A stretch of DNA of 64,000 nt from Octopus vulgaris (lineage: Eukaryota): positions 1 through 64,000 of the forward strand of contig OX597827.1 of the NCBI GenBank assembly GCA_951406725.2, written 5' to 3'. Positions 54,101-64,000 of this stretch are shown one piece after another. The number at the start of each line of letters is the position of its first letter. The first letter of the stretch is position 1. The position numbers and the translations under genes were made by a program. Under the pieces are notes generated by a model. The model searched no databases, was not told the DNA's origin, and saw only the letters and a program-made list of their open reading frames with translations.

Positions 54101-55035
54101 ACTGTTTTGAGCAAGCATGTAACGACTTTGGCTTAGCTATCAGCCTTAAGAAGACCAACATCATGGGTCAGTCTACATCGGACATCCCAAACATACATAT
54201 TGGAGACCACAGTTTACCTATCTGGGCTCTACCGTCACCTACAACCTATCCCTTGACGCTGAGCTCAATATACGCATTGGAAAGGCAGCTGCTGCGATGG
54301 CCCAACTCTCTAAACGGGCTTGGGACAACAATAAGCTGATTAAGACCACGAAAATGAAGATCTACCAGGCATGTGTACTCAGCACTCTACTGTATGGAAG
54401 TGAGACTTGGACGCTATACACACGCCAAGAGCCTCACCTAAACATCTTTCACCTGCGCTGCCTCCGAAAAATCCTCCGCATCAAATGGCAGAATCATATC
54501 CCCAACAAAGATGTCCTCAGGCAAGCAGGAATACCAAGCATGTTTGCACTCCTCACACAAAGACGTATGAGATAGCTTGGGAATGTTAGCCGTATGAAAG
54601 ATGGCAGAATCCCCAAGGACATACTCTACGGAGAGCTTGCTAGGGGTACTAGGTCTGTGGGTAGACCGATCTTACGTTACAAGGATGTTTGCAAAAGGGA
54701 CATGAAGGCCTGCAACATCAATATTAGCGGTTGGGAGGCAGTTGCCGGCAACCGTGGAGAATGGCGACGTACCGTAAAAGAGGGAATACAAAGGAGTGAC
54801 AGGGAGAGAGAGGAGAAATGGAAAGAAAAGAAGAGACGTCAACAAGAAACTATGACATTACAACCAGCCAGGAACAGTCTTCGCTATATTTGCGGTACCT
54901 GCCAGAGGGAGTGTTTGTCCAGGATAGGACTACACAGCCACAGCAGGAAATGTATCAGGATATGAAATATAAAAGCCGGACTGGACTATTTTATGCGCAA
55001 CTCCATTGTCTCCCGAGACAAAAAGGATGCCAACC
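51170..55035 (+). mobile_element. Near full-length RTE-clade LINE, disrupted by frameshifts and stops
   Basis: EN: ASWNVRT, GLQET, GVGF, YFNARVG, HQLDLII, DTDH. RT: YRGISLL, QCGFR, KAFD, QGCVLAP, FADD. C-terminal CxxC...HSRKC. Confidence 0.95.
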
Positions 55036-55268
55036 AATATATATATATATATATACATACACACACAGAAGGATAAGATCAATATTTAAATATCGATTTT
55101 ATCAGGTGGCCAGCATGGGAATAAAAACCATCAAAGGTAACAATTATTTAAAATTATAATATAGGGTAATAGCAGTCAAATCTTGACTCTAGAGCCACAT
55201 TAAATGTTCATATAGCACCAGGAGAGAAGACGAAGAGACAAAATAGAATAGCAAACATTTCTGGATAA

Positions 55269-55325
55269 TTCCAGATCCCGGATTTCTGACTCTGCATAAG
55301 AAATGCTCTGCCTTCATCAGTGGAA
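55269..55325 (-). ncRNA. Type I hammerhead ribozyme
   Basis: Minus strand reads TTCCA-CTGATGA-(imperfect stem II)-GAAA-TCCGGGA-TC^TGGAA. Confidence 0.7.
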
Positions 55326-55406
55326 TATACTCAGAAAAGCAAATAAATACAAATATATACATATACAACATACGATATACTTACATATACGAACGTATAT
55401 AATATA

Positions 55407-55519
<113 letters not shown>

Positions 55520-55656
55520 ATATATATATATGAGCGTGTATATATAAATCAAGGCGGCTATCAGCATTTTAAGACCAACAGGGAAATAATTCACAATCAC
55601 TAAAGGTGACAAGAGTGCAGTGAGCACCAGCATTATTAGAAATATTAGTCATAGAC

Positions 55657-55860
55657 TATTTCGTTTTGGGATTTGGTTTGCAAGATTCTTTATATGAGTT
55701 CGTGTGTTGAAGCATATTCTGTTCTGTCTGGGGATAGCCATTTTCTTTTTGTGCCTTATAATTCCACACACCGGTAACATTTCAACGTATTTCTTATTTT
55801 TATTTTCCTAAAACTTTTCGTTGAGTCTTGCAAACTTTTACCAGTGATTGTGTTAAATTA
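55657..55860. mobile_element. ~200-bp insertion with 11-bp target-site duplication
   Basis: TAGTCATAGAC at 55646-55656 and 55861-55871. The insert is absent from the paralogous site near 34740. Confidence 0.7.
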
Positions 55861-56418
55861 TAGTCATAGACACCTTAGCCATAAAAAACACATGGTGCAT
55901 TGACAGGGGGGGGGGGCAACATTCTCCACGGTAAGCCAGATGGATTAGATTAGCATGGTAATTTCTTATAAGAAGTTAATACTCATCAGCAATGCTCACT
56001 CCATTACGGCTGGTGGAGGTTAACTCCCGCCTGTCAATATCATTGAGAATGACATAAGAATGAGTGATTGATTTCACAAAATGGCAATGTGAAGATTATA
56101 AAATAATTAAGGTGGCTAACACGCAATTTAAAACCAACCAGGAAATTACATATATATATATATATAAAATGTATATAAAAATTTATACACGGAGGGAAGA
56201 CCACCATGTGGATTTCTTACATGCTAAAGAGGGAAAGCCACGGTACTGGACGAATATGTTCTTAACACTAACTTTTAGTCACCCTCTTGTAGTTCTAGCC
56301 TTCTACACTAATTCTGTTCTCAACCATACTGAATGCGGTTATTTTAGCTATGATGATCCAATCCGAAGCTATATTTGAATATAAAAATAATTGAAACAAA
56401 ACAATTAATCTCTTTAAG

Positions 56419-56501
56419 TGTTCAAAGTCAACTGCGGCGCAATATCTCCCAAGTTTTGAACAAATTCCAGGCATTGCTCAACATGAATTTGTTTGATGAA
56501 A
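56419..56501 (+). pseudogene. Shortened duplicate of SEA-like exon 3 (VQSQLRRNISQVLNKFQALLNMNLFDE)
   Basis: Homologous to the 3' part of 36208-36362. The 5' part is lost and there is an in-frame 21-nt deletion. The GTAAGT donor is intact and a possible new TCTTTAAG acceptor keeps the frame. Confidence 0.6.
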
Positions 56502-57414
56502 GTAAGTATCGTGTTTCTTCATTTTTTTAACACCATTACCGTCATAATTAGCTTCATCAATCACCATACCATCCTCTTCGTCGTTGTCGTCATCATCAAC
56601 CACAATGGATGATACCTTAGGACACCCACGCGTGCACGCAAGCGCACAGACTCCCTCCCTCTCTCTCATACATACAACTATTCATTTGCATTTTCTCAAA
56701 GCTTGGGTAATTTCAATAAATCAGCATTTTATTTTGCGCTTTTCCGTTTCTTGTCCCTACGGAACTGTTTGTCTTTGCTCAGTTTCTTTTTAATTATACC
56801 AATTAACCGAGGGCAAAAATGTTTTCTCCTTATTTTGTATAGAAGTAGAAGATGCAGGCTCTACTGGGCAGAAAAATTCACACAATTCCAGTATTTGCTT
56901 TCATTCAAACAGGAAAAATATTTAGTGCTGCAAATAATTTTCCTCGGCGGAATTTCATTTTGTTCGAAGTGATCAAGTTAATTTTTACATTAGGATCGAT
57001 AGATACACACACAGCTCATACGCTTTAACTCATCTCTAAGAGATATAAAAGAGGAATAAATCATATCCCATTGCCGAACAATGATACAATTTTTTTAACT
57101 TCGTTTCCATTCATTTCATTTTACCACTCCCAAATCAATATAAAGTCTATCTATTTCCGGCATAAAAGAGGTTTATGCGCATCCGGTCAGTATGTCTAAG
57201 TAGTGTTCAATATTGAGGAAATGCAACAATAGAGGCCGCGAAACAGACAGTAGCATTTTTACTAGTCAAATCCCGTAACAAATTATATATTGCTCGGGAA
57301 AATGTAAAAATATATATACATATACACACACATATTTCGGGATGGTCATGTTATTTATTATTTAAAAAATATATAAATGAATAAATATATGTGTGCATAT
57401 ATATATATTGTGTG

Positions 57415-57590
57415 CCCAGGTAGAGTACACGGGGATCTTTACGTACAACAGTGTTCGGGCAAACAGATCACATCGGCATAATTTGAAGAACGCTGTCAAA
57501 GTAGTTTCTCATGGATTCAGATCTACGTTTCGAGCATTGTCTTCTGTGAAATATACACGCTGGCCATTTTCAAGATGTACAGATAGATTT
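57415..57590 (-). mobile_element. Helitron Rep/helicase fragment
   Basis: The minus strand translates LSVHLENGQRVYFTEDNA...TTLTAFFKLC..D.FARTLLY..IP.Y.TW, a conserved Helitron motif. Confidence 0.8.
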
Positions 57591-58059
57591 TAAGAAAGTG
57601 TTCCTACATGTAAACAGGATGTGACCTTTGTGTTGACAGTGTATTTGTCTAAAAGCAGAACAGTTCTTCCATCAGCGCTTGTCAATTGGCTGAAGTAACA
57701 TGAAAGGCATCGTCATTCATGGTATATTCGTGAATAAGTCACAAACTGAAATACGTTGATCTATTGTTTAGGGAAATATTATTTACTTGTTTAAGGGTTG
57801 TACTGGATACATAGCGAAAACAGCTCTAACAGTTCAAATAGTAAGAAATAAACACATATATATATATATATATATATATACAAATTCATACTATCCGGTA
57901 ATTAATGTGCTTAAAATTTTATATTTTATGTTTTTCCATTATGTTTCCAGGTTCAAGTACTGGTAATGGAACAGAGGATAGAACAGCAGAAACAAACTTT
58001 TGAGTGAAAATCGAAAAAGAGCCTCCAAGAATCGTCTTTGATGATATTTTATGCTATAA

Positions 58060-58210
58060 AACGATATTTTCTGCATATATAATACAAAATAAAATTTTCT
58101 CCATATATAATATAAAATAATATTTTCTCCATATATAATATGAAATAATATTTTCTTCATATATAATATAAAATAATATTTTCTCCATATATAATATAAA
58201 ATATTCTTTC
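58060..58210. repeat. ~30-bp minisatellite (TTTTCTCCATATATAATATAAAATAATA-like), about 5 copies
   Basis: Direct tandem repetition. Confidence 0.8.
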
Positions 58211-58997
58211 CTTGTAACGACACTATAATTATACGTTTCAATACAACACTATGCATGCATGAGACTGTATAATCCACCATAATGTAATTTAAACAAGTTT
58301 CAGGGCCTCACTATGGCTTGAAACAGAAAATATTGCATGATTTGAAATTATATTGATATTCTATCTTCTTGCCAATATAATGTTATCAATGTAAGCTTTA
58401 AAATTGTTAAATAAAGGATTAAATCTGATCTGTTGCTACCGTTCGTTTTCTAGATGAAATACTGTAATACCGCAGACTAAGATCAAATACCACCGGAAGA
58501 GGCATTGATTCCATTTGTTATTTTAAACATTCCACTAAAATGTTAAAACTTGCAAAATGTATCATGTTGATTAAATTTACGATCATTTATCTAATTAGTA
58601 TTATCAGGTCATTCAATTGTCATTGTTCAAGTAATCAACATTTCACAAACAGCTACATTCCAATCAAAGCACCGGACGTATATTCGTCTTCTACACGTTC
58701 ATGTCTACTTTCACTTCATCAATGTTACACAAACACGAGACTGCGCACGCCTCAATGTCTTCATTGAAGTAGTTTCTTAGTTATATTCTCTACATGATAT
58801 TCAGGCCCATTAGGCCGCAGTCTCTCTCGGTATCCAACATATTCCAACACCCGGGGATAGAAGACACCCCACTAAAAGAGATGCCAGTCTGTTGCAAGTT
58901 TAACCCTTGGTTGTTGCTGGTATTTCTTCTCAGATGACTGCACTGGAAGTGTTTTTCTCGTGGACAGAACGCACCGAACCAATAGTCCATGTGTCTA

Positions 58998-59073
<76 letters not shown>

Positions 59074-61819
59074 CTTGTCTATGTATGTGTGTGCTTTTTA
59101 GCCCCTTCTGTTTTCCGGATCATTGGTCGCTCTCTTGCCAGCCGGAACACCGCTACGCCCTTCTTTTATGCTCTGCTTGTTGCTGTTAAAAGATATGTAG
59201 CCGTTTATCGTAACAGCTCTGTCATTTCTACTGCTTATTACATGGCCTGTGGTTTTAGATGTCTTGGTACATCGACTGAACTAAGGAATTATTTTTTAGT
59301 TTCCTCCTAATTAGATGATCGCACCATTTCACTCTCTTCCGTCTGACTACTTCAGTTCTGGTTTATTTCATGTAAATAACGTTTCTTATACAAATTACGC
59401 CACTCTCAATATAATATCTCTTTAGTTTTAAACACATTTTAATAACCTCTTACGTATGTGTTTCTAGACCCTGATTAGAGAAACAAAAATGTGCAACCTA
59501 TCAATGCATCGCTGGCTGTTGTCCTACAATCTCCAGATCCTGTTTCTTAAATCTCTCAAATGCTATACATGCTAGCGTGACCTGTCTTTTCTAACCTGTG
59601 TGTCTAGTGCGTCGGATACTACACAACTCTCTGTGACATGTTCAACATAAGAACCATTCAGTGTAATTATTTCCTTTGCTTTGTGTAATTAATCTGTATA
59701 TAATGCTATTCATTTTCATAGCCCATTTTCCCCATATTTCGTCTGAGACCATCAATATTGGGTTTGCTTCCCAACCACATAATTCCGTTTTTTTTCTTGG
59801 TCTCATCGTGTGACATGGCAGTTTGGGCAATTTTCACCATACTGAGAAAAAAGTACTAGGGTCAATTCGTTCGACTAAAACTTATTCCAGGGGCCCTCCA
59901 CCTCCTCCAGCATGGCTGCAGTCTCATGACTGAAATAAAGGAAAAAGTTTTAAAATATATATTTCCTCACTTCGTTATTATCTGTGAACACATATTTTCT
60001 CTATTTCTCCTTTCAGTGAAGAAAACACATCTGTCTCCATGACATTTCTCCTTCACTCACTCTCTGTCTCTTTTGCTACTTCTCTCTCTCTCTCTCCTAT
60101 CTCTTATAGCTTTGCCTCTCCCATACACTTTCCTCGTCAGTCCATGCTTCTCTCTCTCTCTCATATCACATGTTGCTTCCCTGTGCCTGGAGAATTAAGC
60201 CAGCAAAGACGTTCAACATTTTTATAATTGTTTTTCATCTCCGCTGTTTCGTTTAACATATTTTCTCTCTTCATTGTGAACCACAAACATAATCATTCTT
60301 CATTATTTTTCACACCATAACTTACTTCTCCTTGATCTGCCTTTCGGCCCTCATATGGCCCCTCCTCCATACCGTTGCCCACAAATTCCATAGGTTCTAC
60401 AACGATGAGCCCCCAATATACTACAAGCACTATGACGAACAACCTGGTTATGAATCTAACTCTGCAGGTTCACAATGTTCAAAAACCCATCTACAGACAT
60501 CTACACATCTGTGCCTTACCTCAATATACAACACTTAACCTATATTGGGTGCTTGTCACACGTAGTTGCAGTACTTACAATCTTGTGAAAATATGACATA
60601 CAACAGACAATTTGTAATACGTCCAGGCTGACAAGCAAGCTTTAATACGTGACTGCACGAAGATGTTGAATCCTATACAAACACAACATATAAATGGAAC
60701 TAGTAGATTATAAACCGTAATGGTTAGCACAAGGTTTATCGAAGAATCAAATTCTGGATTAGTTACATCCACATCTTTGCTATGGGCTCCAAGAAGGGAA
60801 GTGCTGTTCCCTTGCATATTCCGCTATAATGCCTAGAAGAATAGTAAAATTCTGACCAATAGCAATATTCTGAACATATGGACGTGATAGGTGTGTAGCG
60901 AAACCAATTTCTATTATTGTATATTTGAAAACATTAAGTTAGTTTCTGAAAGCTCACCACGCTACTCTGTTGAGATTGGTTAAAATAACTATCATAAAAG
61001 TCATTGGACATTTATTGAACCCTGTGTTGTGATTAGCTGAGTGTTGCGCGGGCGCTGGATCGAAGGTCCAATAACGTTACGCGTTATATATTTCTGGAGC
61101 CTCATTTCTTTTCATAAATTGGTGCCATAAATTATTTACGAGTCAGAGAGGTGAGAGTCATTCATCAAGGCGAAGTATGCGGATTCCTGCCGTTTTCAGC
61201 ATTAATTTGCTTACTCCATCTAATTTTTGAGAGCGGTCGAGTTCACTTTTAGTATTCTCGTTTGTGAGAGCAGTCGAGTTTATTTCAGATATTCTCATTC
61301 TAAAAATCATCTCTGGCTCATCGTTGAGGATGTTGGTATTGTCTCGGCGAAGGTTTGCACCTTTTAAGTGCTCTACTGATTATTGTTATTGTTGTTGCTG
61401 CTTCTGCTGCTGCTACTGATGATGATGATGCTGATGATATACAAGGTAATTCGGTAAACTGAAAATATCATTTCAGTCACCTATTCGATTGATTTATTTA
61501 TAGAGTAATTCAGTTAACTGAAAGTACCTTTTCAGTTATCCATTCGGATGTTTAATTTAAAGAGTTTACAGGTTTATCCGTGATCCATCCTTGCCTCATT
61601 CGTTACTGTTGTGGAAGGATTCCGACAACTCCCATATGATTAAAAGTGAATTGTCACATTTGCTATGAATAAAGAACTGACGAGTTATCAGCAGTTCGCT
61701 GTGAGCCGTGTAACCTCGTATAACAGGAAGACTCGTGCGTTCGTGTAAATACTTCGTTAAATTATTTATCAAACTTACAAGGATATAAAAGTTACTTATA
61801 AAGGAAATATACTTACACC

Positions 61820-62950
61820 ATACCTCACGTTTTTGACAGTATCCGCGGAAGGAAGAGACTTGTGGATGACATGAATTACATATTATGAAGCACAGAAACA
61901 AAAAGCCGATGAATCTAAGACTTACAGGAAATTCGAAATTATGTCCTGTAACGCTCGAGTGCACATTATGATACATGATGAAGATCATACCATAATTCAG
62001 TACATTGGTGAAGATCCTCATTGTTCATGTGCTTCAAAATCCATGCATCATATTCAGGTGGGGTTATTCAGTGTTCCGCAAAATAAAAATCAATAAACTT
62101 ACACCCGCCTTTTTTATAAGCTAAATGAATTACACCAAAGACTGAGCCCTGAAGATGTTATGAGGGATTTTGAAAAAGCTCTTATTTATAGCATTGTATC
62201 TGTTTCCTACTACTTCCATCTCATGCTGTCTTTTTCATCTATCACAAAATATATACAGAAAACATGTGAATTTGGCTTGAAGGAAAGATACCATCATTAT
62301 AATGAGTTCAGCATTAAAATAAGATGGTTTTAAGCGTTGCTAATTCTTCGTCTCGATGATGTGATTGACGGAAAATCTTGTAAATGACGATGATCTTCCG
62401 CAAGAACTTGTGACCTACTTTGGATTATCGTATCTAAGAGGTTTGCGAAGTAAAGGAATGAGACCACAAAGGACTTCTCCCTAGTTTCCCATTGGTAGTT
62501 GGAATGTCCGCTTTAAAACAGAATCGGAAATGCCTCGCACTAATAAACTTTTAGAGGGATTTCACAACGCCCTACAAATTTCCTTAATTTGTTCACATCC
62601 GAATATATGGAGATAATTACAGCATTGAAAAGGGAAGAACACTTGGCACAGCTGAATTTGATGGAGATGGGATCTGGGAGACCAAACGAAAATAAAAGAA
62701 AGAATATAAGCAAACAGATAAGTATTGAGCGACACAGTCCCGAAAATAAGATGGATTTTATATGAACAATGGCCCCTAACCTTCATTTTTATTGAAACTT
62801 TTAGTAATAATTTTAGGTTTTACTCGACTTTTTATTTTATCCTTATTCAACGTTTTATTTTTTCTAATATCGGGAGTGAAATTGACTGGTAGTCAAATTA
62901 CCGGAGTCAAAATACCGGGGGTGAAGTTATCAGGATTCAAATTGCCTGTC
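61820..62950 (+). mobile_element. Decayed MULE/Mutator DNA transposon
   Basis: FLYWCH-like start; PEDVMRDFEKAL...CCLFHLSQNIYRK; PRTN...EGFHNAL...HPNIW; short subterminal repeats at ~62870-62945. Confidence 0.8.
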
Positions 62951-63599
62951 GCCTACTCAGTCGATGTCTGAGGGATACGGGTTCGAGTCTCATAAGTGTA
63001 CCCAGACTTTCTCTGCTATCTCTACAGCTTTACTGGGTTTGAAATGTCCTTTCTTATCTGCAAGGTATCGCGTTTGAAATGGTTAAGTATGTTATCATTT
63101 ATTTATGCAGAAGAGATAACATTACATGACAGGGAGTAGCTTTGATGGAAGAAAAACATATTCGCAAAATACATAAATTCCTACGTCTCTTATTAAGAGA
63201 GACTAATGAGTATTTCTCTCGATGCCACAGGGAATGTTAACCATCTTCTAAATTTATGTCCCAGATTCAAGATACAGTTTTGAAGAATTAAATGAATACT
63301 TTGATCACCTGCAAACAAAAAGAAACTTGTTACTATGGAATTGCTTCAACGTAATCGTTGGAGACCTCCGCAACAACGAAGAAGCAGGCTGAAGCAAGAA
63401 CTGACCAAATGCTATAGAAAGATAAAGCTTTGGCAAACTAAAAGAGAAGCGAGCATAATTACTACGTTTGTGTGCAATAAGGGGTCTCATGATAACAAAT
63501 ACTGTGTCCGGAAAAGAATGTCTGGAAGCTAAATCAATATATATAATATCCTTCAATTCATTACTTTGAACAATGATCGTCAAATTTGCTTTGGCAATT

Positions 63600-64000
63600 C
63601 TAAAGATATTTTGGTGTTACGAATTGTGTCACCAAAACAGATCAATTAACCTTTAAAGTTCAATACCTGAACTTCAAATCTTACTATCCAACATATACAA
63701 AACGCAATATCCCATACAACCTAGCCGGGAAAATTTGTACGTTTGTGGAGGATGTGAGAAAAGCCTAACAAAACTAAAAGAATCTCTACCCAAGCAAAAA
63801 TATCCGTCTCTACTCATAGAAAATGGTATACAGCTTGATATAGAAATACCCATAGAAGAACTTAGGGCCACCCGAGGAAGAGGAAAACGAGAACAGATCA
63901 TAGCAATTATAGTGGCACACAACCCATGTTACCAGAATACCTTAAGCATTGCAAATCAAACTTGCCGATCATTATTCAAAGTAATGAATTAGAAGATATA
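63600..64000 (+). mobile_element. Degenerate Penelope-like RT thumb fragment, runs off the window
   Basis: NIPYNLA.KIC...LTKLKESL.KQKYP..LIENGI...HNP pattern. Confidence 0.65.

Noticed and set aside
62955-63010. tRNA-like B box (GGTTCGAGTC)
   Set aside because: No complete cloverleaf; at most a SINE remnant. The same applies to the SINE heads at 20621 and 34751, which are not tRNA genes.
57600-64000. Search for GAIN/GPS or 7TM exons of the receptor
   Set aside because: None could be recognised by eye; the region shows only transposon relics and unassigned sequence.

Overview
AT-rich, microsatellite-dense animal DNA; the repeat repertoire suggests an octopod cephalopod, but this is inference. 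Most ORF-track entries are microsatellite artefacts. Reading splice signals directly reveals a plus-strand multi-exon gene that the ORF track never assembles. It has four tandemly duplicated 72-nt LRR exons, each in a ~1.05-kb repeat unit and diverging mainly at non-synonymous sites. These are followed by a fifth LRR exon, an LRR C-terminal cap, a 12-Cys Ly6/uPAR three-finger domain, a SEA-like domain and a hormone-receptor (HRM) domain. All exon phases are compatible, giving an adhesion-GPCR-like ectodomain with an unusual LRR-LU-SEA-HRM architecture; no GAIN/7TM was found in the window. The SEA module is duplicated downstream. Comparing the two copies shows that a ~13.5-kb palindromic nest of Penelope-like elements grew inside a single (TA)n tract of one intron. 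The nest holds two GIY-YIG ORFs with no RT, each bracketed by long inverted repeats, and a non-coding microsatellite-bodied element. About a dozen type I hammerhead ribozyme motifs from at least six families occur across the window. The window also contains a near-complete Penelope element, an RTE LINE, CR1/L2-like and R4/Dong-like LINE fragments, tRNA-derived SINEs, and MULE and Helitron relics.
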